Shown here in pieces: positions 25,687 through 35,948 of a DNA stretch of 54,474 nt. The DNA lies in the NCBI GenBank assembly GCA_964581305.1, contig CAZONC010000001.1:1-54474 (forward strand), in the 5' to 3' direction. Below the pieces are notes generated by a model that searched no databases, was not told the DNA's origin, and saw nothing but the letters and a program-made list of their open reading frames with translations. Position 1 is the first letter of the stretch, and every line of letters begins with the position of its first letter. Made by a program: the position numbers and the translations under genes. The stretch is from an uncultured archaeon. GTDB taxonomy: Archaea > Aenigmatarchaeota > Aenigmatarchaeia > CG10238-14 > SCSR01.

Positions 25687-26946
25687 ATGTATCGACTTAC
25701 AGATGAAGGAAAAATGTATTTGGAAAAAGGACTGCCAGAAAAAAATCTAGTAAATGCTTTACTTAGGGGTCCGCTTTCGATTGAAAAAGCGCAAAAGGAA
25801 GTGGAAAATTTAGCGATAGCTATTCAGTGGGCAAAAAAGAAAAATTGGATAAAAATTAAGAATAATAACTTGATTCTAATCGAATATCCAAAAGAAATTC
25901 CTGAAGAGGAAGCACTTAGAAAAATTGATAGAGGGGAGGAAGTTGACGAAAGCATTCTTAAAATTTTAATTCAGAGAAAGCTTGTTCGAAAAATAACTGA
26001 AGTTTATAAAAAAACAGAGGAGGAATTGAAAAAAAGAGGTAATGTTATTGGTAGAATAACTCATGATATACTATTAACTGGGTTGTGGAAAGGTAAAAAA
26101 TTTGATCCCGTGAATATTGAAAATGTGAGTAAAATAGAAAAAAAAGTATATGGAAAATTACAGCCATATAGTCAATTTCTATGGGAAGTGCGACAAAAAC
26201 TTGTTAAATTGGGTTTTAAGGAAATGAACGGACCAATTATTGAGACTGAATTTTGGAACTTTGACGCATTATTTCAGCCACAAAATCATCCTGCACGCGA
26301 TTGGACACAAACTTACCAACTAAAATGGCCGAAATATGGCAATCTTCCGAGCCAAAAAATTGTAAAGAATGTGCAACGCGCGCATGAAAAGGGTATTGCA
26401 GGAAGTTGCGGATGGCAATATAAATGGGATCGAAAAAAGGCTTCACAACTTATGCCAAGAGCACATGCAACATGCCTTTCTGGTCGGACCCTTGCATCCA
26501 AGCCACAAATTCCTGGAAAATATTTTGCTATAGTGCGATGTTTTCGCCCAGATATTATCGATCCCACACATAGTGTGGAGTTCAACCAAGTAGAAGGAAT
26601 TGTTATTGGAAAAAATATGAATTTCAAAAATCTTTTAGGAATATTAAAATTGTTTGCAAAAGAATTTGTGGGAGTGAGAGAGGTAAAGTTTGTGCCTGGA
26701 TTCTTTCCATTCACAGAACCATCATGCGAATTGCATGTAAAACATCCAAAATTTGGTTGGATAGAGGTTGCGGGTGCAGGAATCTTTAGGGAGGAATTAA
26801 CTGTGCCGCTTGGTATAAATGTGCCAGTATTAGCATGGGGAATAGGTATAGACCGTCTTGCTATGCTTAAATTAGGCATTAATGATATAAGAACACTTTT
26901 TACGCGCGATCTGATGTGGTTAAAGGGGGTAGTATGCCAACAATAG
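25687..26946 (+). CDS. pheS: phenylalanyl-tRNA synthetase alpha subunit
   Basis: FQPQNHPARD (motif 1/2 region), FRPD, and the GAGIFREE...AWGIGIDRLAM motif 3 region. ATG at 25687 preferred over TTG at 25678. Confidence 0.9.
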   Translation: MYRLTDEGKMYLEKGLPEKNLVNALLRGPLSIEKAQKEVENLAIAIQWAKKKNWIKIKNNNLILIEYPKEIPEEEALRKIDRGEEVDESILKILIQRKLVRKITEVYKKTEEELKKRGNVIGRITHDILLTGLWKGKKFDPVNIENVSKIEKKVYGKLQPYSQFLWEVRQKLVKLGFKEMNGPIIETEFWNFDALFQPQNHPARDWTQTYQLKWPKYGNLPSQKIVKNVQRAHEKGIAGSCGWQYKWDRKKASQLMPRAHATCLSGRTLASKPQIPGKYFAIVRCFRPDIIDPTHSVEFNQVEGIVIGKNMNFKNLLGILKLFAKEFVGVREVKFVPGFFPFTEPSCELHVKHPKFGWIEVAGAGIFREELTVPLGINVPVLAWGIGIDRLAMLKLGINDIRTLFTRDLMWLKGVVCQQ

Positions 26947-28592
26947 AAATCTCGTATAAAGATCTTTGCAATATGGTTGGTAAAGAAATTGAAAATAGAG
27001 AATTAGAGAATTTACTTGGATATGCAAAATGTAGTGTTGAAGAAATAGATGGCGATGTGATAAAAGTTAAGGCAGAAGATACAAATAGACCAGATTTATG
27101 GTCAGTTGAAGGTATAGCGAGAGAAATAAAAGGCAGGTTAATGAAAGATACTGGTTTGCCAAAATATGAGGTTGAACAATCAAATATTACAGTCAATGTA
27201 GATAAAAAAATTCGAAAGATTAGACCATTAATAGCATGTGCAGTGGTTAAAAATTTAACAATTGATCAAAATATTTTATCTCAAATTATTCAGTTACAAG
27301 AAAAAGTTGCAGGAACTTTTGGTAGAAACAGAAAAGAGGTTGCAATTGGTATTTACGATTTGGAGAAAATTCAACCACCGATAAAATATACAACTGTTCC
27401 ACCTAATGGAATAAAATTTGTACCTCTTGATTTTTCAGAAGAGTTGACACCAAAAGAAATTTTAGAAAAACACCCAAAAGGAAAGGAGTTTGGCCATCTA
27501 CTTAAAAATTGCAAAGAATATCCAATTCTTATTGATGCTAAAGGCAATGTTCTTTCTCTACCGCCAATTATAAATTCCAATTATACAGGAAAGGTTACAG
27601 AAATGACAAAAAATGTTTTTATTGAATGCACAGGGTTTAATTTTAAATTCTTGCTTCCTGCTCTTAATGTAATAGTTTGTGCACTTGCTGATAGAGGTGG
27701 AAAAATCGAAAATGTAAAGATAATTTATCCAAACAAAACAATTATCACACCAGATCTGAAACCGAAAAAAATTGTTGTTAATATCGATTATATAAGAAAG
27801 ATTTCTGGTTTGAAATTGAGTGGAAGAGAAATTTGTAGCCTACTTACACAGGCAAGGTATGATGCTTATTTGAAAGGGAAAAAAATTGAATTGTTTTATC
27901 CTGCCTATCGCCAAGATATAATGCATCAAAGAGATGTTGTTGAGGATGTTCTCATATCTTATGGATATAACAAAATTAGACCAATCTATCCTAGAATAAA
28001 AACAAAAGGTGCTGCTGATAAAAAAGAAATCTTTTCAAGAAAGGTTGCACAAATAATGATCAGTCTAGGTTTTCAAGAAATTTTATCTTATATATTAACA
28101 AATAGAGAAAATCTTTTTAGAAAAATGAATTTAAAGGAAGGAAAAGTGATTGAAATAGCAAACCCCATATCCTCAAGCTGGAGTGTTTTTCGTAATTGGT
28201 TACTTCCAAGTTTAATAGACTTTTACTGTCACAATAAACATGTAAAATATCCGCAAAAGATTTTCGAAATTGGTGATGTTGTTCTTTTCGATAAAAACAT
28301 GGAAACAAAGACTAAAAATCCGAGAAAATTGGCAGTTGCTATTTCCGATTCGGAAGTTGGTTATGCAGACATAGCTGCAGTTTTGGATGCACTCCTTTCA
28401 GAACTTAAAATAAAATACAAATTAAAAAGAATGAGACATCCAAGTTTCATTGAAGGACGAACTGCTGGGATTTTTGTGAATAAAAAACTAGTTGGTATAA
28501 TTGGTGAAATTCACCCTCTAGTTCTTGACAATTGGAACTTAGATATGCCTGTAGCGGCGTTCGAAATTGATTTAGACCAATTATTTGCCTAG
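26934..28592 (+). CDS. pheT: phenylalanyl-tRNA synthetase beta subunit (archaeal type)
   Basis: MPTIEISYKDL start preceded by AAGGGGG (SD-like). About 550 aa and follows pheS with a short overlap. Confidence 0.85.
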   Translation: MPTIEISYKDLCNMVGKEIENRELENLLGYAKCSVEEIDGDVIKVKAEDTNRPDLWSVEGIAREIKGRLMKDTGLPKYEVEQSNITVNVDKKIRKIRPLIACAVVKNLTIDQNILSQIIQLQEKVAGTFGRNRKEVAIGIYDLEKIQPPIKYTTVPPNGIKFVPLDFSEELTPKEILEKHPKGKEFGHLLKNCKEYPILIDAKGNVLSLPPIINSNYTGKVTEMTKNVFIECTGFNFKFLLPALNVIVCALADRGGKIENVKIIYPNKTIITPDLKPKKIVVNIDYIRKISGLKLSGREICSLLTQARYDAYLKGKKIELFYPAYRQDIMHQRDVVEDVLISYGYNKIRPIYPRIKTKGAADKKEIFSRKVAQIMISLGFQEILSYILTNRENLFRKMNLKEGKVIEIANPISSSWSVFRNWLLPSLIDFYCHNKHVKYPQKIFEIGDVVLFDKNMETKTKNPRKLAVAISDSEVGYADIAAVLDALLSELKIKYKLKRMRHPSFIEGRTAGIFVNKKLVGIIGEIHPLVLDNWNLDMPVAAFEIDLDQLFA

Positions 28593-29357
28593 AATCCATT
28601 TAACTATCCTTTCTAAAAGACCCTGTGGTTTTTGTATTTCTTCCTTGAATTCTTTTCCAATTAACAAGTGTGCAAGTCTTCTTATTTCTATGGAAGCAGG
28701 CGAAATCGGATTAAACATAACAAGTGGTATTTTTAATGTTACACTTTTAGCCATGTTTTCATCTTCTGGTATTTCAACTAGAACTGGTAGACCTAACATT
28801 TCCTCTATTTCTCTTTTTTTGAGTTCATGCCATTTTCCAGTAACTCGATTTACCACAACCCCCAATATTTTCTTATTCAAATTTTCAGCTATTTTTATAG
28901 TTCGTAAAGCATCGACTACACTAGGCAATTCCGGATTTGTTATTATCAAAATCTCATCTGCTGCATTTATAGCTGAAAGTGCTTCACGCCCGAGACCGGC
29001 GGCAGAATCAATAAGTATAAAATCCGATTTTCCTGTAAGTGCCAAAGCAACCTCTGGTAGCCTTCCCGCATCCACATCTTTTAAATCGTAAATGTTCATG
29101 CTTCCTGGTATAACTTTAAACCCTGCAACATACGGATAAATTGAATTATTAATTGTGCTTTCACCTTTTAATAGGCTGTGCAAACTATTTGGTGTTAAAT
29201 GAATTCCTAAATGTATGCCAAGATTTGGCGTTGTTAAATTAGCATCTATGGCAATTACCGATGCACCAAGCTGCGCTAAAGCACATGAAAGGTTTGATGC
29301 TAAAGTGCTTTTCCCTATACCACCTTTTCCACCAATTATAGCGATTGTTCTAGTCAT
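28581..29357 (-). CDS. minD: MinD/ParA-family P-loop ATPase
   Basis: Deviant Walker A IIGGKGGIGKST. DSAAGL Walker B region. 258 aa. Confidence 0.8.
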   Translation of the reverse strand: MTRTIAIIGGKGGIGKSTLASNLSCALAQLGASVIAIDANLTTPNLGIHLGIHLTPNSLHSLLKGESTINNSIYPYVAGFKVIPGSMNIYDLKDVDAGRLPEVALALTGKSDFILIDSAAGLGREALSAINAADEILIITNPELPSVVDALRTIKIAENLNKKILGVVVNRVTGKWHELKKREIEEMLGLPVLVEIPEDENMAKSVTLKIPLVMFNPISPASIEIRRLAHLLIGKEFKEEIQKPQGLLERIVKWILGK

Positions 29358-29381
29358 TTTACCTAATTAATATTTACCTAA

Positions 29382-30431
29382 TTAATATTTAATTTTACAT
29401 ATCACTGTGTACTTACCTTTCTTTTTTATCTTTACCATTTTAACATCTGATAAATGTAATAAGTGTTCACGAAATGCTCTTTCTGTTAAAGCTTTAGAAA
29501 CTTTTTTACTATACTCTTCATACAATTTTCCGAATGATAATTTTTTTTCTCTATCTAAAATTTCAAGTATAATTTTTTCCGTATCGTTAATTTTTTCTTT
29601 TATGATTTTTGGTTTAATTGCTTTTACTTCATGTAAAACCTTTTTTACATGTTCAACCTCAATTTTTTTTGCTCTTTCTTGTTCAGCCAACCTGCCAGCC
29701 TTAAGAAAACATTCTAGACCAATCCTTACATCACCACCATTTTTGATAGCATGATTGGCTATAAGTATCAATACCCCTGGTGTGATAACACCAGTATGAA
29801 AAGCTTCTTTGACTCTTTCATTCAAAATATCTTTCATTTCCTGCAAGCTATACGGCTTAAATTCTATTTCTTCTATGTTTAAACTACTTTTTATTCTTGG
29901 ATCGACTTTTGAAAAAATGTAAGGGTTATTAGAAATAAAAATTATTCCAAAAGGATTTTTCAGATATTGATTTATGCGTAAAAAGTCATATAGTATTTCT
30001 TGATTTTTAAAAATCAATTGATCAACCTCATCTAAACAAATTATTACCCCTTTGTCAGATTTTTTCACAAGCTCAATCAATTTTCCAAGCATTTCATCTT
30101 TTGCAAGTCCACGCCTTGGAATTGGCCATCCAAGTTCAATGATAATTTTGGATAATACTGCTGAAGGTGTATTCAGATCCCAACAATTTATATAAATGTT
30201 TTTTACATTTCCAAATTTTTCATCCATCTCGCGAAAAATAAATTTCACACATGCAGTTTTTCCCACACCTGGCGGACCATAAATGAATGTGTTCTGTGGT
30301 CTTCGGCCTTCAGCTGCTGGATAACAATTACGAGCGATCTGTTTAATTTGTTCCTCACGATGTGGAAGTAAAGGTGGTAAATACTCTGGATAAAGAATTT
30401 CTTCATTTTTAAAAATTTTTGAGATTTCCAT
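29382..30431 (-). CDS. cdc6: Orc1/Cdc6 replication initiator
   Basis: LPHREEQIKQIA, Walker A GPPGVGKTA, Walker B ICLDEVD, sensor region, C-terminal winged helix. ATG at 30431 preferred over the GTG at 30437. Confidence 0.85.
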   Translation of the reverse strand: MEISKIFKNEEILYPEYLPPLLPHREEQIKQIARNCYPAAEGRRPQNTFIYGPPGVGKTACVKFIFREMDEKFGNVKNIYINCWDLNTPSAVLSKIIIELGWPIPRRGLAKDEMLGKLIELVKKSDKGVIICLDEVDQLIFKNQEILYDFLRINQYLKNPFGIIFISNNPYIFSKVDPRIKSSLNIEEIEFKPYSLQEMKDILNERVKEAFHTGVITPGVLILIANHAIKNGGDVRIGLECFLKAGRLAEQERAKKIEVEHVKKVLHEVKAIKPKIIKEKINDTEKIILEILDREKKLSFGKLYEEYSKKVSKALTERAFREHLLHLSDVKMVKIKKKGKYTVICKIKY

Positions 30432-30433
30432 AA

Positions 30434-32005
30434 TCACTTAATTGCGTTTTTTAATTTTTTAATAACATCAGATTTTGCAGCAATTAAATATGGCCCAAGT
30501 CGTGGTCCTTTTTCAATCCCAAAAATTATTTTGTACAAAATTTTAAAAAATTCGGCTGGAATTAAACCATACGACTGTGCTATTTTGAATATTTTTGTTT
30601 GTAAAATCTCTCCTTCAGTTTCCTTTTCAATCTCTTTCACGAGATCGGCAATTGCTTTTCTTTCATTTTCAGTTAATTTAATCTCAACGGCTTTCGGTTT
30701 TAGAAAATCTTCATAATATTTTTTCACAAGTGCTAATTTTCTTTCAATTTCGGTTTGTGCTTTTTCTCCAGCTTCTACATATCCCATTTCTTTCAATTTT
30801 TTAATTGCAAATTCTAACTGACCGCTCTCTGGAAGAATTTTCACAATTTCAAGCAAAACATTAAATGGTATTTGTATAGATCTTTTTGGTTTTACAACTG
30901 CTAGTAAATATGCGCGCTTGTAATTTTGATCCTTCCTTTTATTTTTCGTACTTTCTATCCCGAAAAATATTCTTTCTGCCTTATCAAACTCTTTGAAAGT
31001 TTGGGGAACTAGTTTTGACAAAACTATGTTTTTTGCTATAGTAAGTCTTCCTTGAAATAGCCAGTATCTTAATTGTTGTGGTGTCATATATTTCAGCATA
31101 TCTGAAACTGTTATCACATTTCCAAGTGATTTAGACATTTTCTGTCCATTAACTAAAAAATGCTCATAAACAACCGGATATGGCGGTTTCCAACCAAGAA
31201 GCTTAACAATTTTTTTCCCAGTATCCCAACTTCCACCAGCAGCTGCATGCTCCTTTCCAAATGGTTCACATGTTGTTTTAAGAAAAACCCAACGAGCAGG
31301 CCATTCCACGCGCCAAGTAAGTTTTGCATGACCATTTAAAATAGATACCTTACCTACATAACCACAGCCAGAAATTGCATATTTTTTATGCAAAATCTTT
31401 TCACTTTCACTACAAACATATTCTGCCTCTCCGTTTTCATATGATAAAATTTTTGTTGTAGAAATTTTCCCACAATTTTCACAAATAATATTGACTGGGT
31501 ACCATTCTTTGGGTAGTGGCTGAGTTCGATATTTATTTAGAATTTTTGCTATTTCTTGTCTTTTTTCCATTGCAAGCAATATCATTTCATTATACATTCC
31601 TTTTTTATACATTTCATTTCCTAGAAGTATTTTTGGCTTAGTCAAAAGTATCTTTAGCTCTTCAATAAATTTATCCTCAAAATGCGCAGTAAAACTTTTA
31701 TGACAACCCCAGAAATCTGGAATGTTGCAAGCAGGGATGCCTAAATAATTTATCAGTTCCTTTGGCATATCAGCAGGTACAGATCTAAAAGGATCCATAT
31801 TATCTGAAATCCAGATTAAATCGACCTTTGCACCTATATTAACAAGAGCCAGTCTTATTGCATCAGCCCTCACAACATCATTGGCACTTCCTATGTGCGG
31901 TTCGCCGGACATTGATGTACCGGTTGTAATAACTTGCTTCTTAACTTTCCATTTTTTTACCAATTCCTTAGCTATTTTATCTGGCCAGAATTCATATTCT
32001 TGCAT
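30434..32005 (-). CDS. lysK: class I lysyl-tRNA synthetase
   Basis: SGEPHIGSANDV HIGH-type motif and KMSKSLGN. The 523-aa size and architecture fit archaeal class I LysRS. Confidence 0.75.
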   Translation of the reverse strand: MQEYEFWPDKIAKELVKKWKVKKQVITTGTSMSGEPHIGSANDVVRADAIRLALVNIGAKVDLIWISDNMDPFRSVPADMPKELINYLGIPACNIPDFWGCHKSFTAHFEDKFIEELKILLTKPKILLGNEMYKKGMYNEMILLAMEKRQEIAKILNKYRTQPLPKEWYPVNIICENCGKISTTKILSYENGEAEYVCSESEKILHKKYAISGCGYVGKVSILNGHAKLTWRVEWPARWVFLKTTCEPFGKEHAAAGGSWDTGKKIVKLLGWKPPYPVVYEHFLVNGQKMSKSLGNVITVSDMLKYMTPQQLRYWLFQGRLTIAKNIVLSKLVPQTFKEFDKAERIFFGIESTKNKRKDQNYKRAYLLAVVKPKRSIQIPFNVLLEIVKILPESGQLEFAIKKLKEMGYVEAGEKAQTEIERKLALVKKYYEDFLKPKAVEIKLTENERKAIADLVKEIEKETEGEILQTKIFKIAQSYGLIPAEFFKILYKIIFGIEKGPRLGPYLIAAKSDVIKKLKNAIK

Positions 32006-32041
32006 AACTAATAATTTAATTTCAAATTTAAAGAAGGTGAG

Positions 32042-32140
32042 TGGGCCAGGAGAGATTTGAACTCTCGACCTCTCGCTTGCTTAGCCGCCTTATAAGGCGA
32101 TTAAGCACAATTGCGCTCCACCAGGCTAAGCTACTGGCCC
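32042..32140 (-). tRNA. tRNA-Ile(UAU) with two introns (12 nt at 32101-32112 in the anticodon stem, position 27/28; 13 nt at 32078-32090, position 37/38)
   Basis: Acceptor GGGCCAG/CUGGCCC, discriminator A. D arm GCUU..GAGC. T arm GAGAG-UUCAAAU-CUCUC. Removing AATTGTGCTTAA and AGGCGGCTAAGCA yields a perfect stem CUCGC/GCGAG, loop CU-UAU-AA and a 74-nt cloverleaf closely resembling archaeal tRNA-Ile. Confidence 0.7.
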
Positions 32141-32196
32141 ATATATACTTATAAACACAGCATTTATATTTTACTTTCCAAAATATATACGATAAT

Positions 32197-33105
32197 GTGC
32201 TCAATAAATATTTTTTGGTTGAAAAAGTAGTTAACAGCTTAGAAAAAAATCAGTTCGATTTTTTATTTACAAGAGGCTGTTTTGATATTGTAGCAAGAAG
32301 AGAAAAGTTATTTTTACTAAAAATTCTTTTAAACATTGATGGATTAAATGCTGAACAAGCACAAAGTCTAAAGGTGGCATCCTATTTTCTATCTGCCCAG
32401 CCATTTATCATTTCGCTTAAAACAAATAGAGAATTCCTAAAAGATGGGGTTGTTTATTCACGGTTTGGACTGCCCATTATTACTCAAAAATTTTTTGAAA
32501 ATATACTAGCCGGAGAGATGTTTGCAATCCAATCATCAAAAGGAAAATATACAGTTCCTATAAATACAGAAATTCTAAGAAAAAGGAGGAAGGAATTAAA
32601 TTTAACTTTAGAAAAACTGTCAAAAATTGTTGGTATCTCGAAAAAGGCTCTATATGAAATTGAAAATAAAAGAGTTGATCCGATGTTTACTACTGTGCGT
32701 AAATTGGAAACTGTGTTAAATGTTAATTTAAGAGCACCATATAAAATGAAAAGCTATGAACCGATTTATTTAAAGCCAAAAGATTCTTTTCAAGAAAAAA
32801 TCAGTAACGAGTTTTTAAGAATTGGAATAGAAAATTCACCTATTAGCTCTGCACCATTCAAAATTGTGGGAAAAAAAGATTTTTGCATAACTGTATATTT
32901 ATCTAAAAATACTGCACAAATAAAAAAAGTTGATATGATTAAAAAAACATCTTCGTTACTTTCCTCAAGAGCACTATTCGTTACTAAAAATCTGGAAAAA
33001 GATAATATAGATGGTGTACCGGTTATAAGTGAATCGGAACTGTCAGAAATAGATTCGACGGATGATTTTATAAGAATTATAAAAGAGAAAGAAGCACAAA
33101 ACTGA
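32197..33105 (+). CDS. archaeal HTH (XRE-type) transcription regulator, COG1395-like
   Basis: Central LNLTLEKLSKIVGISKKALYEIENKRVDP helix-turn-helix. N-terminal GCFDIVAR...LLKILLNID region. GTG start. Confidence 0.7.
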   Translation: MLNKYFLVEKVVNSLEKNQFDFLFTRGCFDIVARREKLFLLKILLNIDGLNAEQAQSLKVASYFLSAQPFIISLKTNREFLKDGVVYSRFGLPIITQKFFENILAGEMFAIQSSKGKYTVPINTEILRKRRKELNLTLEKLSKIVGISKKALYEIENKRVDPMFTTVRKLETVLNVNLRAPYKMKSYEPIYLKPKDSFQEKISNEFLRIGIENSPISSAPFKIVGKKDFCITVYLSKNTAQIKKVDMIKKTSSLLSSRALFVTKNLEKDNIDGVPVISESELSEIDSTDDFIRIIKEKEAQN

Positions 33106-33166
33106 ATTAAACTAAGTAATATTTATATACCCATATACACATTAATTATTTTAGACCAGTGATAAA

Positions 33167-34807
33167 ATGGCCAACGGAAAAGCACTAATTGGAAATCTTG
33201 GTGGACAACCTGTACTAATTTTACCTGAAGGTACTTTACGTGCTACTGGAAGGGATGCTCAAAGAAATAACATTGCTGCTGCAAAGGCAGTTGCTGATGC
33301 TATAAGAACAACTCTTGGCCCAAAGGGAATGGATAAAATGTTGGTTGATTCTGTTGGTGATATAGTAATTACCAATGATGGCGTAACTATTCTAGAGGAA
33401 ATGGAAATTGAACATCCTGCAGCCAAGATGATGGTTGAGGTTGCAAAAACACAAAATGAAGAAGTAGGTGATGGTACCACTACAGCTGTAATAATTGCAG
33501 GTGAGTTGCTGAAAAAAGCCGAAGAACTTCTAGATCAAGAAATTCATCCAACAATTATAACAAAAGGATATAAATTGGCTATGGAGGAGTCGTTAAAAAT
33601 TTTGGATGAAATATCAAAACCAATAACAATTGATGATACGGAAACTTTGAAGAAAATAGCTATGACAGCAATGGCTGGAAAGGGAGCAGAAAGAGCATCA
33701 CCACATCTAGCTAATTTAGTAGTGGAAGCTGTAAAGGGTGTTGCAAAAAAAGAGAAAGGAAAGATTGAAATTAACACAGATGACATAAAAAGAGAGAAAA
33801 GACATGGTGGTGTTGCTGAAGATACAGAACTTATTAAAGGTATAGTAATTGACAAGGAAGTTGTTCACCCTGGAATGCCGAAAAAAATAGAAAATGCAAA
33901 AATTGCTTTGCTTGATGTTGCACTGGAAGTGAAGGAAACAGAGACTGATGCCGAAATAAGGATAACCTCACCAGAACAGATGCAGGCATTTATTGAACAA
34001 GAACAAAGAATGCTTAAAGAAATGGCTGAAAAAATTGCCCAAAGCGGTGCAAATGTCGTTTTCTGCCAAAAAGGAATTGATGATTTAGTCCAGCACTATC
34101 TTGCTAAAAAAGGGATAATGGCTGCACGCAGAGTTAAAAGTAGTGATATGGAAAAACTAGCGAAAGCAACCGGTGGACGAATAGTCTCAAACCTGGAGGA
34201 TTTGGAAAAAGAGGATCTTGGATTTGCCAAATTGGTTGAAGAAAAGAAAGTTGCTGGCGAAGCAATGATATTTGTTAGGGAGTGTAAAGATCCTAAATCC
34301 GTTACTATTTTGGTACGTGGTAGTACTGAACATGTTGTTGATGAAATTGATAGAAGTATCGAAGATGCTATAGGTGCTGTTGCGTCGGCATTGGAAGTTG
34401 GAAAAATAGTTCCGGGCGGAGGTGCTCCTGAAATAGAAATTGCACGAAGATTGAGAAAATTTGCAGAAAAATTCTCTGGTCGCGAGCAACTTGCAATAAA
34501 AGCATTTGCAGATGCATTGGAAATTGTACCAAGAAGTTTAGCAGAGAATGCTGGTTTAGATCCTATAGAAATACTTACAGAGCTTCGTGCAGTACATGAA
34601 AAAGGGCAAAATTATGGCATTGACATAAATTGTGGAAAGGTTATGGATGTGGAAATGTCTGGAATTATTGAGCCATTAAAAGTAAAAAGCCAAGCGATTA
34701 AATCTGCAACCGAGGCAGCTGAACTAATTCTACGAATTGATGATGTAATAGCAGCAAGTAAATTGGAAAAAACTCCTTCTCCACCTCCAAGCGAAAGTGA
34801 AGTCTAA
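33167..34807 (+). CDS. ths: thermosome subunit (group II chaperonin)
   Basis: [39 protein letters not shown]. 546 aa. Confidence 0.95.
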   Translation: MANGKALIGNLGGQPVLILPEGTLRATGRDAQRNNIAAAKAVADAIRTTLGPKGMDKMLVDSVGDIVITNDGVTILEEMEIEHPAAKMMVEVAKTQNEEVGDGTTTAVIIAGELLKKAEELLDQEIHPTIITKGYKLAMEESLKILDEISKPITIDDTETLKKIAMTAMAGKGAERASPHLANLVVEAVKGVAKKEKGKIEINTDDIKREKRHGGVAEDTELIKGIVIDKEVVHPGMPKKIENAKIALLDVALEVKETETDAEIRITSPEQMQAFIEQEQRMLKEMAEKIAQSGANVVFCQKGIDDLVQHYLAKKGIMAARRVKSSDMEKLAKATGGRIVSNLEDLEKEDLGFAKLVEEKKVAGEAMIFVRECKDPKSVTILVRGSTEHVVDEIDRSIEDAIGAVASALEVGKIVPGGGAPEIEIARRLRKFAEKFSGREQLAIKAFADALEIVPRSLAENAGLDPIEILTELRAVHEKGQNYGIDINCGKVMDVEMSGIIEPLKVKSQAIKSATEAAELILRIDDVIAASKLEKTPSPPPSESEV

Positions 34808-34846
34808 ACTTTAAACTATATTATTTTATAAACCATAAATGATATT

Positions 34847-35317
34847 ATGGTAGATGAAGAATTCGAAATGGTTTCTTTATCACCGATAAGAAGACTGGAA
34901 AAAAGAGTAGAAAAACTAGAAGCCTCTACACCAACTGTTGCAGTAAAAGAATTTTTACAAGAGATAATTGACATAATAAAATTGAATCAGCAATTGGTAG
35001 ATCAATTGGTAAAAGCTAATGATGCACTAAGAGTGGAGTTATCAAGACTGCCAGCAAGAATAGAAAATCTGACATCTAAAATTGATGAATTATTGGAATT
35101 AATTAAAGCTGCAGCAAAGGAAGAAGTTATTGGTCCAGAAACATTTAAATCACTAATAGAAAAAATGGAACAATTAATAGAAACAAATAAGAAAATTGCA
35201 GAAAGTAATGAAATAGTTCTTTCAACACTTGAAGAACTAGAAAAAAGATTAAAGAAACCACCACTTCCACTAACTTTTAAAACTTCTCCACCAATGCAAA
35301 AGCCTATACAAAAATAA
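34847..35317 (+). CDS. coiled-coil hypothetical protein heading the pilus locus
   Basis: Heptad-rich Glu/Lys/Leu sequence with a Pro-rich C-terminal tail. Only 2 nt from the next gene. Confidence 0.5.
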   Translation: MVDEEFEMVSLSPIRRLEKRVEKLEASTPTVAVKEFLQEIIDIIKLNQQLVDQLVKANDALRVELSRLPARIENLTSKIDELLELIKAAAKEEVIGPETFKSLIEKMEQLIETNKKIAESNEIVLSTLEELEKRLKKPPLPLTFKTSPPMQKPIQK

Positions 35318-35319
35318 TA

Positions 35320-35946
35320 ATGATTGATATGAAAGGACAGGCTGAGATAATTTCAGCAATTATTATAATCCTTATTGCTTTAAGCCTAGTTGGTGCAGCA
35401 TATTTATGGGGCTTTCCTTTAATTGAAAAAAGACAACATGAAGCTGTAGCTAAAAGGGTTGTGAGCTATTTTGATCAAGAAAATGTAAACTCTTTACCAA
35501 GCCGAATAGAATATATAGCACGATTTGGTGGCACAGAAATTTTTACCATAGATGCAAATGGTATATGGACTATTAATACTACAGAAAATTCCATTTATTT
35601 TACATTTTATAGTAAAGCAACACCAATTGGCTATGATGTAGGTTGGATATCAACTGAATGCAATTCCACAACAGGCGAGGTTATTAATAAAATCGGCCAA
35701 ATTGGAATAGATAAAGCGTCTGTTGTTTGTGCCAAAGCTGACAAACTTGGCGATGGTTTCAATATAACCTATAAAGTGGTTTATAGAGAACTTATCGATA
35801 ATACTACTGGAAGGATAAATAAAATTGAACTTGTGCCACAATATAATATGTTAAGCTCTACCACAAAAACACTTCAAATAAGACGTGGTGCCATCAAATC
35901 CATAGGAACAAATATTACTATAGAAGTAGAAATTGTTTTTAGATAG
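35320..35946 (+). CDS. pilin-like protein with class III signal peptide
   Basis: M(ID)MKG|QAEIISAIIIILIALSLVGAAYLW N-terminus. Confidence 0.6.
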   Translation: MIDMKGQAEIISAIIIILIALSLVGAAYLWGFPLIEKRQHEAVAKRVVSYFDQENVNSLPSRIEYIARFGGTEIFTIDANGIWTINTTENSIYFTFYSKATPIGYDVGWISTECNSTTGEVINKIGQIGIDKASVVCAKADKLGDGFNITYKVVYRELIDNTTGRINKIELVPQYNMLSSTTKTLQIRRGAIKSIGTNITIEVEIVFR

Positions 35947-35948
35947 CA

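Noticed and set aside
29358-29387. The 15-bp tandem duplication next to orc1 as a replication-origin ORB element
   Set aside because: It has only two direct copies and no inverted arrangement or AT-rich unwinding region. It sits in a 24-nt gap and coincides with the minD RBS (AGGT...ATG), so a slippage duplication is more likely.
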